This document shows, piece after piece, positions 27,470-37,251 of a DNA stretch of 64,000 nt. This DNA is from an uncultured Clostridia bacterium (GTDB lineage Bacteria; Bacillota; Clostridia; Oscillospirales; CAG-272): assembly GCA_944381115.1 (NCBI GenBank), contig CALWJV010000015.1, forward strand, positions 139,894 through 203,893. The letters run 5' to 3'. The first letter of the stretch is position 1, and each line of letters starts with the position of its first letter. The notes beneath the pieces are model-generated. The model did not search any database. It was given only the letters and a program-made list of their open reading frames with translations, and was not told the origin of the DNA. The position numbers and the translations under genes were made by a program.

Positions 27470-28786
27470 ATGACAAACAAAACCTATGAACTTTACGGAT
27501 CGGTGCTTAAAGGCACAAAATTTGCAGAAGAACACGGGAACGAGGCATACATACCGTATTCCGATGATTGCACAGCACTTAAACAGCCGATAAAAATAGG
27601 CAAATATACTGCGGCAAACAGAATTGAGTATCAGCCTATGGAAGGACAGGATTCAGACCTTGAAGGTACACCTACCGAGCAAACATTCAAAAGATATACC
27701 GAACTTGCAAAAGGCGGTGCCGCACTTCTTTGGTTTGAGGCGGTTTCTGTTTGTCAGGACGGGAAAAGCAATCCCTATCAACTTTGTATAACTGATGAGA
27801 ATGTTTCCGAATTCAAGCGTCTCGTAAAGACTATGAAGGATGCCTGTAAAGAGGCAAACGGATTTGAGCCAATAATAATAATTCAACTTAATCATTCAGG
27901 AAGATATTCAAAGCCAAACGGTATTCCGGAGCCCATAACGGCATATTTCAACCCGGATATTGATGATAACCCTAAAAAAATTGCAACAGATGAATTTATA
28001 AAGTCACTTACACCTTTATTTGTAAAGTCTGCGCTTCTTGCAGCGGAGGCGGGATTTGACGGTGTTGATATCAAGGCTTGCCACAGTTACCTTATGTCTG
28101 AACTTTTTTCTGCGTTTGACAGAAAAGGAATTTACGGAGGTTCTTTTGAGAACCGCACAAGATTTTTTTCTGATGTGACCAAGGCAGTATTTGATGCACT
28201 TCCGGAAAACATTATCCGTGCGGCAAGAGTAAATGTATATGATGGTTTTGGAGGAAAATACAGTTACGGGGAATCGAAAGACGGGAAGATGTTTGACCTT
28301 ACCGAGGCAAATGAACTTGTAGATATTTTTGAAAAGCACGGTGGTCAACTTTTAAATGTAACAATGGGAAGTCCTTACAGAAATCCCGATGTTTCACGTC
28401 CATACAGACCGGGACTTGACAAGCCAAAAAGCGATGCGCTTTACGGTCTTTACAGACTTTGGAGGGGTGCAGAAGAGATAAAGAAGGCTCATCCGGGACT
28501 TGTAATAGTAAATACAGGAATATCCTGCCTTGGAGAGAATGTTTCTTTTGCAGCCATGGGTGCGGCCAAAGAAGGGATTACAGATTTTGTTGGATTCGGA
28601 CGTATGTCTCTTGCGTATCCCTGCATTGCAAAAGATATACTTAACGGAAACTTTGATCCAAAGAAGGTCTGCGTCGCCTGCGGAGGTTGTTCGACCCTTA
28701 AAAAGAATGTTCTTCGCTCGGGATGTATAGTGCGTAATCCTTATTACAAGGAAATTTTCAAAGATTTTCGCAAAAAAGAAAAATAA
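27470..28786 (+). CDS. Old Yellow Enzyme-like NADH:flavin oxidoreductase family protein
   Basis: NRIEYQPMEG, QLNHSGRYSKP and KACHSYLMSELFS...YGGSFENRTRF motifs. There is a C-terminal Cys pair, CVACGGC. Confidence 0.65.
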   Translation: MTNKTYELYGSVLKGTKFAEEHGNEAYIPYSDDCTALKQPIKIGKYTAANRIEYQPMEGQDSDLEGTPTEQTFKRYTELAKGGAALLWFEAVSVCQDGKSNPYQLCITDENVSEFKRLVKTMKDACKEANGFEPIIIIQLNHSGRYSKPNGIPEPITAYFNPDIDDNPKKIATDEFIKSLTPLFVKSALLAAEAGFDGVDIKACHSYLMSELFSAFDRKGIYGGSFENRTRFFSDVTKAVFDALPENIIRAARVNVYDGFGGKYSYGESKDGKMFDLTEANELVDIFEKHGGQLLNVTMGSPYRNPDVSRPYRPGLDKPKSDALYGLYRLWRGAEEIKKAHPGLVIVNTGISCLGENVSFAAMGAAKEGITDFVGFGRMSLAYPCIAKDILNGNFDPKKVCVACGGCSTLKKNVLRSGCIVRNPYYKEIFKDFRKKEK

Positions 28787-28810
28787 AATATAAGTAATAA
28801 TTATAATCGC

Positions 28811-28844
28811 GGCGTGAGTAAAATTTTACTTACGCCTTTGATTT
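28811..28844 (+). terminator. rho-independent terminator
   Basis: Stem GGCGTGAGTA/TACTTACGCC (one G-U pair) followed by TTTGATTT. Confidence 0.5.
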
Positions 28845-28876
28845 AAATAAAACGAATTTGTTAAATGGAGAAAGCA

Positions 28877-29809
28877 ATGAGCAAAATATATAAATCAGTA
28901 GATGAATTTATAGGTGGTACACCTCTGCTCGAACTTGTAAATGTTGAAAAAAAATACGGTTTAAAAGCACACCTTTTGGCAAAACTTGAATATCTGAATC
29001 CAGCGGGCTCTGTCAAGGACAGAGTGGCAAAAGAGATGATAGAGGACGCGGAAAAAAGAGGGCTTTTAAATGAAAGATCAGTGATAATTGAACCTACAAG
29101 CGGGAATACGGGTATAGGACTTGCTGCTGTCAGTGCGGCAAAAGGATATCGTACCGTAATAGTCATGCCGGATAATATGTCGGCAGAAAGATGCAGGCTT
29201 ATGTCGGCATATGGTGCGGACGTCGTACTTTCGGACGGGAAAAAAGGCATGGCGGGAGCCATTGAAAAAGCAGAAGAACTCGCAAAAAGTATTCCGGGAT
29301 CCTTTATTCCTGACCAATTCTGCAATCCTGCAAATTCCGAAGCACACCGTAAAACCACCGGTCCCGAAATATGGAGCGATACAGATGGAAAAGTAGATAT
29401 TTTTGTTTGTGGGGTCGGAACCGGAGGAACTGTTACCGGGGTAGGGGAATACCTTAAATCCAAAAACCCTGATGTAAAGATAATAGCCGTCGAACCTTTG
29501 GACTCTGCGTTTCTTTCGACAGGAAAAGGCGGTGCGCATAAAATTCAAGGTATAGGTGCAGGGTTTGTTCCTAAAATACTTAATACCGATATATATGATG
29601 AGATAATAACTGTAAGTAACGAAGATGCATATGAAGCAGGAAGAATGATCGGAAAGACAGAAGGGGTGCTTGTCGGTATTTCATCAGGAGCCGCTATTTT
29701 TGCGGCAATAAAGTGTGCAAAACGGACGGAAAACAAAGGTAAAACTATAGTGGCTATGTTACCTGATACCGGAGACAGGTATCTTTCCGTTGAAGGATAT
29801 TTGGGTTGA
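28877..29809 (+). CDS. cysK: cysteine synthase A (O-acetylserine sulfhydrylase)
   Basis: PLP-lysine motif NPAGSVKDR, plus TSGNTGIGLA and GISSGAA. GGAG SD before ATG 28877. Confidence 0.9.
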   Translation: MSKIYKSVDEFIGGTPLLELVNVEKKYGLKAHLLAKLEYLNPAGSVKDRVAKEMIEDAEKRGLLNERSVIIEPTSGNTGIGLAAVSAAKGYRTVIVMPDNMSAERCRLMSAYGADVVLSDGKKGMAGAIEKAEELAKSIPGSFIPDQFCNPANSEAHRKTTGPEIWSDTDGKVDIFVCGVGTGGTVTGVGEYLKSKNPDVKIIAVEPLDSAFLSTGKGGAHKIQGIGAGFVPKILNTDIYDEIITVSNEDAYEAGRMIGKTEGVLVGISSGAAIFAAIKCAKRTENKGKTIVAMLPDTGDRYLSVEGYLG

Positions 29810-29926
29810 TAAATTTTTCTGTGCCGGATTATGTATCGGATTATTAAACAGCGAAAAATAAACATGCTTTAAAATTTAAAATAAAGAACTGAAACGGTTA
29901 CAAAAATTTTTTATATGGAGAAAAAT

Positions 29927-30469
29927 ATGAAAATAATGATCGCATCCGATATACACGGATCTGACTTTTACTGTGAAAAGATGATATACGCTTTTTATAA
30001 CGAATGTGCGGAAAAATTGCTTATTCTCGGCGATATATTGTATCACGGACCGAGAAATGATCTGCCTGAAGGTTATGCCCCGAAGTCTGTCATTTCGCGT
30101 CTTAACGGTATAAAAGACAGTATTATTGCGGTCAGAGGAAACTGTGATGCGGAAGTTGACCAAATGGTTTTGGATTTTCCGATTTCAGCAGATTATAGTA
30201 TACTTTACGTTGGGAAGAAAATGATTTTTGCAACGCACGGTCATATCTATAACTGTGAAAATCTTCCTCCGATCCAAAAAGACGATATTCTTCTTCACGG
30301 ACACACGCATGTCCCGAAATGTGAAAATATGGGTGAATTTATTTTCATGAATCCGGGCTCTGTTTCCATTCCGAAAGAAAATTCTCCTCACGGGTACATG
30401 GTTATTAACGATAAAAAAGCCGTTTGGAAGAATTTAGACGGAGAAGAGTATATGGAGTACTTATTTTAA
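29927..30469 (+). CDS. yfcE: YfcE-type metallophosphoesterase (MJ0936 family)
   Basis: ASDIHGS, GDILYHGPRNDLPEGYAP, VRGNCD, THGH and LHGHTH, collinear with E. coli YfcE from memory. Confidence 0.85.
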   Translation: MKIMIASDIHGSDFYCEKMIYAFYNECAEKLLILGDILYHGPRNDLPEGYAPKSVISRLNGIKDSIIAVRGNCDAEVDQMVLDFPISADYSILYVGKKMIFATHGHIYNCENLPPIQKDDILLHGHTHVPKCENMGEFIFMNPGSVSIPKENSPHGYMVINDKKAVWKNLDGEEYMEYLF

Positions 30470-30474
30470 AATAA

Positions 30475-30512
30475 GAAAAAAAGATATGCTTTAATGCATA
30501 TCTTTTTTATTT
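30475..30512. terminator. rho-independent terminator
   Basis: Stem AAGATATGC/GCATATCTT with a preceding A-run and a following T-run. Confidence 0.55.
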
Positions 30513-30670
30513 TATTTCATTTAAATAATCTTATAATAATCTTATATAAAATTTATTAAAACTTGAACCTCCATTGGCACTGAAAAATAAATAATCAGAC
30601 CAAGGGGGGAATTATAAGTTAAAATACTTAAAAGTTATATCAATCAATACCATGGCTTTAAATGTGAAAA

Positions 30671-33307
30671 TCAGAATTGCTTCAGCGCGTTTTCTGTGGC
30701 GGAAAGCATATCGCTGTATTTTTTCAATTTTTCTCTCTCACCTTCGATAACAGTAGCAGGAGCCTTTGCAACAAATCCTTCATTTGAAAGTTTCTTTTCT
30801 ATTCTTTCGATTTCGGAGAGAAGTTTTTCTTTTTCTTTTGTAAGACGTGCAGTTTCTTTTTCAATGTCCACAACATCTGAAAGGGGAATATAAAGTGTTG
30901 CATTTGACGTAACTATCTTAATGTCGCTGTTACTGTCGTAAGAAGAAGTTATCCGTACTTCAGATGCGGATGAAAGTTTTTCAAAAAATGATCCGCATCT
31001 ATTGTCAAATGTATCATTATCGGTTGTAACAATGGTAAGTTTTGCTTTTCTTGACGGAGGAACATTCATTTCAGCACGTCTGTTACGAATTGATTTTATA
31101 CAGAAAATTATACATTCGATTTTAGATTCGTCCCGTGAAAAGTCAAGATCAGGTCTGTAAACCGGCCATTCACTGATAACAATGCTTTCACCTTTATGAG
31201 GAAGTGACTGCCAGACTTCTTCAGTAATAAAAGGCATATAAGGGTGAAGAAGTTTCATGGTTTCACTGAATACATAAGCGATAACACGCATTGCGATTTT
31301 GTCACCGGCGCTGAGCCTTTGTTTTACAAGTTCGATATACCAATCGCAGAATACCTCCCAAACAAAATCGTAAAGTTTTGCAAGAGCGATACCAAGTTCG
31401 TATTTATCCAGATTTTCAGTTACATCTTTGGTCAAACGGTTAAATTTTGAAATTATCCATTTGTCTTCGGTCGCAAGGAATGAGATTTCCGGTAGACCAA
31501 ATGGAGTATCTTCGTCAAGTTTCATTAGTACGAATCTTGCCGCGTTCCAAATTTTATTGTTAAAGTTTCTCGCTGATTCGATTTTTTCATCTAAAAAGCG
31601 CATGTCATTTCCCGGGGAATTACCGGTTGCAAGAGAAAAACGAAGAGCATCCGCGCCGTATTTATCAATGATCTCTAACGGATCAATGCCGTTTCCAAGT
31701 GATTTAGACATTTTTCTGCCTTTTGCATCTCTAACAAGTCCGTGCATGAATACGGTAGAAAAAGGTACTTCTTTCATTTGTTCAAGCCCGGAAAATATCA
31801 TCCTTGCGACCCAGAAGAAAATGATATCATATGCGGTTACGAGTACACTTGTTGGGTAGTAATAAGAAAGGTCTTCAGTTTTTTCCGGCCATCCGAGTGT
31901 GGAAAAAGGCCAAAGGGCAGAAGAAAACCAAGTATCAAGGACATCGCTGTCTTGTGTGACTTTTCCGCCGCACTCCGGACAGGTCGTAATGTCTGTTTTG
32001 GAAACTGTCATTTTTCCGCATTTTTCGCAGTAAAATGCAGGAATACGGTGTCCCCACCAAAGTTGACGGGATATACACCAGTCGAGAACATTTTCCATCC
32101 AGTTAATATATATTTTGGAAAATCTGTCAGGTTCAAATTTAACTGTTCCGTTTTTGACAACTTCAAGAGCCGGTTCCGCAAGAGGTTTCATTTTGACGAA
32201 CCACTGATCAGATGTTATCGGTTCGACTGTCGTTTTACAGCGGTAGCAGGTACCGACATTGTGTGTATGTGCCTCTGTTTTTACGAGAAATCCACCTTCT
32301 TCAAGATCTTTAATTATTTCTTTTCTTGCTTCATAACGGTCAAGTCCGTAATATTTTCCTTTGTAACTTATTGTTGCATCGTCTGCAAGGACTCTTATCT
32401 GAGGTAGTCCGTGGCGTTTTCCGACTTCGAAGTCATTTGGATCGTGAGCGGGGGTGATTTTAACGCAACCCGTTCCGAAGTCCTTTTCAACATATTCATC
32501 GGCGATAACCGGAATTTCCCTGTTTGCAAGAGGGAGTATAAGAGTTTTACCGATTACATTTTTGTATCTTTCATCGTCAGGATGAACAGCAACCGCAGTG
32601 TCTCCGAGCATGGTTTCGGGACGTGTAGTTGCAACAGTGAGGTAACCGCTTCCGTCTTTAAAAGGATATCTTATGTGCCAAAAAAAGCCGGCTTGTTCCT
32701 CATATTCGATCTCAGCATCGGAAAGGGCAGTTATACAGTGAGGACACCAGTTTATTATTCTGTTTCCGCGGTATATAAGTCCCTTTTCGTAAAGGTTAAC
32801 GAAAACCTCACGGACCGCCTTTGAGCACCCCTCATCCATTGTAAAACGTTCACGTGACCAATCGCAGGATGCACCGAGTTTTTTAAGTTGGCTAACGATT
32901 CTGGAGCCATATTTGTTTTTCCAATCCCAAACACGATCAAGAAATTTTTCGCGTCCGAGATCGTATCTTGTAACACCCTCGTTAACGCGAAGGTTTTCTT
33001 CGACTTTTATCTGTGTGGCGATACCGGCGTGGTCTGTACCCGGAATCCAAAGTGCGGAGAATCCCTGCATTCTTTTATAACGTATAATAATGTCCTGAAG
33101 AGTTTCGTCAAGTGCATGTCCCATGTGAAGTTGACCGGTAACGTTCGGAGGCGGTATAACTATTGTAAACGGTTTTTTTCCTTTTTTGATATCATTTGCT
33201 GTATCCGGGGTAAAATAACCTTTTTCGCACCAAAGTGAGTAAAGTTTATCTTCAGTAGCAGAAGGATCATAGGTTTTTTCAAGTTCTTTTTTCAATGTGT
33301 TCTCCAT
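30671..33307 (-). CDS. valS: valine--tRNA ligase
   Basis: HIGH-type motif ([10 protein letters not shown]), KMSKS, a CP1 editing domain and a C-terminal coiled coil. Size 878 aa. Confidence 0.95.
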   Translation of the reverse strand: MENTLKKELEKTYDPSATEDKLYSLWCEKGYFTPDTANDIKKGKKPFTIVIPPPNVTGQLHMGHALDETLQDIIIRYKRMQGFSALWIPGTDHAGIATQIKVEENLRVNEGVTRYDLGREKFLDRVWDWKNKYGSRIVSQLKKLGASCDWSRERFTMDEGCSKAVREVFVNLYEKGLIYRGNRIINWCPHCITALSDAEIEYEEQAGFFWHIRYPFKDGSGYLTVATTRPETMLGDTAVAVHPDDERYKNVIGKTLILPLANREIPVIADEYVEKDFGTGCVKITPAHDPNDFEVGKRHGLPQIRVLADDATISYKGKYYGLDRYEARKEIIKDLEEGGFLVKTEAHTHNVGTCYRCKTTVEPITSDQWFVKMKPLAEPALEVVKNGTVKFEPDRFSKIYINWMENVLDWCISRQLWWGHRIPAFYCEKCGKMTVSKTDITTCPECGGKVTQDSDVLDTWFSSALWPFSTLGWPEKTEDLSYYYPTSVLVTAYDIIFFWVARMIFSGLEQMKEVPFSTVFMHGLVRDAKGRKMSKSLGNGIDPLEIIDKYGADALRFSLATGNSPGNDMRFLDEKIESARNFNNKIWNAARFVLMKLDEDTPFGLPEISFLATEDKWIISKFNRLTKDVTENLDKYELGIALAKLYDFVWEVFCDWYIELVKQRLSAGDKIAMRVIAYVFSETMKLLHPYMPFITEEVWQSLPHKGESIVISEWPVYRPDLDFSRDESKIECIIFCIKSIRNRRAEMNVPPSRKAKLTIVTTDNDTFDNRCGSFFEKLSSASEVRITSSYDSNSDIKIVTSNATLYIPLSDVVDIEKETARLTKEKEKLLSEIERIEKKLSNEGFVAKAPATVIEGEREKLKKYSDMLSATENALKQF

Positions 33308-33471
33308 TCTTTTGACGTATTCAGATCAGTATTTTCGGTTGTTTTAAATTTTTATTAAATGGTTATGAGATAGCCGTAATTAAACTTTCAAAAATTTTGT
33401 GTTTTAAAAAAGTAATTAAATTATAACAGTTAAAAAAGTGATTCAATTTGTCTGATAAAGGGCTCAAAGAT

Positions 33472-33729
33472 AAAAAAAGTCCGTCTCGAAAAATAACGGG
33501 ACGGACAAAAATGTTCGTGGTACCACCCGAATTCATCACATTGTGATGCGCTCGATTCTTTAACGCAGAAATACGTATATTCTCCCGAATATAAACTCCT
33601 CGGCGACTTTCCGAAACAAAGTATCTGCGAAAATTCCACCAAACGGACAAATAATCATCCGGTTTTCGCTCTCTGTAAGGCTTATGCTTCGTACTTTTCC
33701 GAATCAAAGTTTTTATAATAAATTGATAA
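33472..33729 (-). promoter_or_regulatory. T-box leader, valine specifier (GUC)
   Basis: Read on the minus strand. AGAGA bulge next to helix GCGAAAA/UUUUCGC. Specifier loop has AAAAGUA on the 5' side and GAAAGUCG on the 3' side, with GUC at 33607-33605. T-box sequence AAUUCGGGUGGUACCACG at 33535-33514. Terminator GUCCGUC...GACGGAC plus a U-run at 33506-33472. Confidence 0.8.
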
Positions 33730-33736
33730 TAAATAT

Positions 33737-33765
33737 ATTATACATGATAAAATAAGATTTGTCAA
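33737..33765 (-). promoter_or_regulatory. consensus sigma-A promoter (TTGACA-17-TATAAT) of the valS T-box leader
   Basis: Minus strand: TTGACA at 33765-33760 and TATAAT at 33742-33737. Confidence 0.55.
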
Positions 33766-33913
33766 GTGAATTTGGAAAAATTATGTATAATAGTATTTGA
33801 ACTTTAACAATATTTTTATTTTAATAAAGATACGTTTAATTAAAGGATAATTAGGTTTTAAAATGAGATAAAAAAACGTTGTACCGGAGGTAAATAAAAT
33901 TTTTATTTAATAG

Positions 33914-33942
33914 TTGACAATATGATGAAAAGATGATATTAT
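33914..33942 (+). promoter_or_regulatory. sigma-A type promoter (TTGACA-17-TATTAT)
   Basis: TTGACA at 33914-33919, 17-nt spacer, TATTAT at 33937-33942. It lies about 50 nt upstream of the HAD ORF. Confidence 0.5.
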
Positions 33943-33992
33943 TGTGACATTAGCAAAGACAAAATGTAAGAATTACAAAAGAGGAAATTTGT

Positions 33993-34799
33993 ATGGTTGA
34001 TTTACAAGAAAAACCTAAATTAAATAAAATAAGAGTTGCTGTGCTTGATTTTGACGGAACCCTCTCGACTCTTCGATGTGGATGGGAAGGAGTCATGAGA
34101 CCTATGATGGTTGAATTTATATCGGGAGGAAATGCTGATGTACAGACCCTAAAGAAAATTGAAGAAGAGGTTTCAGGATATATTGATGAATCTACCGGTA
34201 TACAGACGGCAACACAAATGAAGTGGCTGTATGAGACCGTAATAAAGTACGGATTGAATAAGGACGCGCCGTCCGATATATGGAAATATAAAGCGGAATA
34301 CAACCGAAGACTTATGGAAAATGTAATGTGTCGGAGAAATGATGTTGAAAGAGGTAAAACGGCGCGTGAAAATTACATGGTAGCAGGTGCCGAAGAATTT
34401 TTAAAACTTCTGAAAAAACACGGACTTGAGATTTATGTGGCATCGGGTACCGATACGACAGATGTTAAAGATGAAGCAAAGATACTCGGTCTTGACAATT
34501 ATTTTACAGCGATCGAAGGAGCGGAACCTAAATCGGAAATTTGTTCAAAAGAGGCTGTCATATCATCGCTTCTTGAACGTAACAAAGGCGAGAGCGGGAT
34601 GTTAGTCTGCGGGGACGGAAAAGTGGAGATAAGACTCGGTCGTGGAGCGGGTGCATTGACGCTTGGAGTGGCAAGTAATGAAGAGAGCGGATACGGCATA
34701 AATATGGCTAAGTTTGAGCGTTTAAAAAAAGCCGGAGCACACGCAGTTGTAAGTGATTTCAAGAATATAAAAGAAATAGAACAATGGATTTTCGGCTGA
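33993..34799 (+). CDS. HAD superfamily hydrolase
   Basis: Motif I VLDFDGTLS, motif II ASGT, motif IV VCGDGKVE. Confidence 0.7.
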   Translation: MVDLQEKPKLNKIRVAVLDFDGTLSTLRCGWEGVMRPMMVEFISGGNADVQTLKKIEEEVSGYIDESTGIQTATQMKWLYETVIKYGLNKDAPSDIWKYKAEYNRRLMENVMCRRNDVERGKTARENYMVAGAEEFLKLLKKHGLEIYVASGTDTTDVKDEAKILGLDNYFTAIEGAEPKSEICSKEAVISSLLERNKGESGMLVCGDGKVEIRLGRGAGALTLGVASNEESGYGINMAKFERLKKAGAHAVVSDFKNIKEIEQWIFG

Positions 34800-34947
34800 T
34801 TGAAAAGGTTTATAATGCAGACGGAAAAGTAAGAGCATAATAATGCGTTATCAGGAAAAAGGCATTGTTTTGGATTTTTGGGATAAAATGTTACGTAAAA
34901 ATTTTATCGGGGAAAAATAATAACTTAAAAAATCAGGGAGAATTATT

Positions 34948-35922
34948 ATGGCAGAGATGAGAAGAAGAAGAACACTAGATTTTTCAGGAATAAAAACATA
35001 CAGTGCAAAAGACAGAACCAATCTTGTTCGTATAGATAATTTAAAAATACCTGGTGTGACCGGTCATAAAGTTTTTGAACAAGAGAGTTTTGATGAACTT
35101 GTTGAAAGAATAAAACTTGCAAGAGAGAACGACAGACCTGTAATTTTAAGTTACGGTGCGCATGTTATAAAATGCGGACTTTCAAGATATCTTATTGAAC
35201 TTATCAAAAATAATATAGTTACTCACCTTATGACAAACGGTGCAGGAAGTATACATGATTTTGAACTTGCGTACCTTGGAGGTACCAGCGAGGACGTTCC
35301 GACAGCAATTGAAGATGGGTCTTTCGGTATGTGGGAAGAAACGGGGGCATGGATGAATGAAGCAATAGCGCTCGGAGCATCAAAGGGAATCGGGTACGGT
35401 GAGGCGATCGGTGAATATATAGAAAACAACAAAGAGCGTTTTCCTTATAAAAATGATTGTGTTTGCTATACAGCATATGAAAATGATGTACCGTTTACCT
35501 GTCATATAGCACTCGGAACCGATATTATTCATCAACATCCCTGCTGTGATATGTCCAAGATCGGTTTTTGTTCCGGAGTGGACTTTAAAAAGATCTGCTA
35601 TTCAATTACACAACTTGACGGTGGAGTATTTCTTAATTTTGGCTCTGCAGTGATAGGTGCAGAGGTATTTTTAAAGGCACTTTCAATAGCCCGTAACCTT
35701 GGGAATCCTACATTTAACATAACTACGGCAAATTTTGATCTGAAGCCGCTTGGTGACTTTCGCAGCAAAATCGGATACAGCGATCCGGACTATTACTACC
35801 GACCACGTAAAAATATAGTCAACCGACCGACAAGCAGAGGCGGTAAAGGATGGCATTTTTGCGGCGATCATTCGGATACGCTTACAACCCTTTGTGACAG
35901 ACTTTTAAGAGAAGATAAGTAA
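34948..35922 (+). CDS. deoxyhypusine-synthase-like (DHS-like NAD-binding fold) protein, function unknown
   Basis: The segment PVILSYGAHVIKCGLSRYLIELIKNNIVTHLMTNGAGSIHD parallels, from memory, the DHS core ...IFLGYTSNLISSGIRE.I.YLV.HNMVDVLVTTAGGVEED. Confidence 0.4.
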   Translation: MAEMRRRRTLDFSGIKTYSAKDRTNLVRIDNLKIPGVTGHKVFEQESFDELVERIKLARENDRPVILSYGAHVIKCGLSRYLIELIKNNIVTHLMTNGAGSIHDFELAYLGGTSEDVPTAIEDGSFGMWEETGAWMNEAIALGASKGIGYGEAIGEYIENNKERFPYKNDCVCYTAYENDVPFTCHIALGTDIIHQHPCCDMSKIGFCSGVDFKKICYSITQLDGGVFLNFGSAVIGAEVFLKALSIARNLGNPTFNITTANFDLKPLGDFRSKIGYSDPDYYYRPRKNIVNRPTSRGGKGWHFCGDHSDTLTTLCDRLLREDK

Positions 35923-35973
35923 TTGTCTGCTGTAATAAACAAAGAAATCTGATTTTGAACGGAGATTAACAGA

Positions 35974-36957
35974 ATGATGCTTGATTGTATAGATAACGCA
36001 CGCATTGGTGTAATCGGGGATTTTTGTGCGGATGTTTATTGGGATGTTGACATGAAAAAAAGCGAGCTGTCACTTGAAACTCCCCGGTTTCCGTATCCGG
36101 TTATTGCAGAAAGAATTTACCCGGGTGCCGCTGGAAATGTTGCCGTAAACATAGCGAAACTTAAGCCGTTAAAATTAAAGGTTTGCGGGGTGATCAGTAA
36201 AGACTGGCGAGCCGTAGCACTTAAAAGCGCTCTTGAAAAAGAGGGGATTTATACAGGCGATTTTGTACAAGACGATACGGTTATGACAAATGCATATTGT
36301 AAACCTATGTTACATGGTATTTCCGCTGTTATATATGAAGGATCAAGGATAGATTTTGAAAATTTTAACCATATTTCAAAAAAGACAGAGGAAAAGATAT
36401 TAAATTGGATAGACAGGGTGTCGGAAGAAATTGATGTTCTATGTGTTTGTGACCAATTCAGAGTAGGAATAGTAACGGAAAAAATAAGAGAGAAAATTAA
36501 TCTTTTGACAAAAAAAGGGATAAATGTAATTGTTGACAGCCGTTACAGGGCAGGTCTATACAAAGGAGTTATATTAAAACCGAATGAAAAGGAATGTTAT
36601 CTTGCGGTAAATGAAAAAACTGCCAATGAAAATATATCAAAAGATGAGGCTGTAAAAACTGCAAAAAAACTTTCTGAAATGACAGGTAGCAAAGTACTTC
36701 TTACTCTTGGCAAAGAGGGAAGTGCTTATATAAGCCGCGAAGATATTATATATTGCAGCGCGGTACAGGTTGACGGGGAACTTGATGTATGCGGATGCGG
36801 AGATGCATATCTTGGTGCATTTTCTTCAATGCTTGCCGGCGGCGCTGAAATTTCAGACGCAATGAAAGCAGGTAGTGCAGCAGCGGCATTTGCAATAAAG
36901 TGTATCGGCGTTACTGGAAATGCGTGCAGGGAAGACATAAAGAAAAGATTATCCTGA
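35974..36957 (+). CDS. PfkB family carbohydrate kinase (RfaE/HldE kinase-domain-like)
   Basis: N-terminal IGVIGDFCADVYW...ETP and C-terminal DVCGCGDAYLGAF (the GAGD-type anion hole). Confidence 0.7.
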   Translation: MMLDCIDNARIGVIGDFCADVYWDVDMKKSELSLETPRFPYPVIAERIYPGAAGNVAVNIAKLKPLKLKVCGVISKDWRAVALKSALEKEGIYTGDFVQDDTVMTNAYCKPMLHGISAVIYEGSRIDFENFNHISKKTEEKILNWIDRVSEEIDVLCVCDQFRVGIVTEKIREKINLLTKKGINVIVDSRYRAGLYKGVILKPNEKECYLAVNEKTANENISKDEAVKTAKKLSEMTGSKVLLTLGKEGSAYISREDIIYCSAVQVDGELDVCGCGDAYLGAFSSMLAGGAEISDAMKAGSAAAAFAIKCIGVTGNACREDIKKRLS

Positions 36958-37000
36958 ATATTATGTAACAACATAATTTTAAATTCAAAAAATTACAAAT

Positions 37001-37045
37001 AAAAACCGCATCGGTAAGTATAAAATTACTGATGCGGTTTTTATT
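37001..37045. terminator. bidirectional rho-independent terminator
   Basis: Stem AAAAACCGCATC.GTA/TACTGATGCGGTTTTT. Confidence 0.6.
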
Positions 37046-37251
37046 TGACTTTGACATTAAAAATCGAAATTTGCACTTTTATAACGTCTATAATTGTTAT
37101 TTAAAGTCGATAATTGTCTATATTTGTATTATTTTAATTATTAAAACGTTGTTACATTGTTTTTTTAAGATATAGTTAAACTAATTATTTTAATATGAGT
37201 CAAAAAAATCGGCAAATTAGTATATAGTCAAATTTTGACGATTTCTATTAA

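Noticed and set aside
28861-29548. 200-aa and 156-aa minus-strand ORFs
   Set aside because: They are antisense shadows of cysK, whose PLP-enzyme motifs are unambiguous on the plus strand.
33363-33707. 114-aa and 70-aa minus-strand ORFs upstream of valS
   Set aside because: They lie entirely inside the T-box leader RNA (specifier loop, T-box sequence, terminator). They have no SD, and their composition reflects RNA structure rather than coding sequence.
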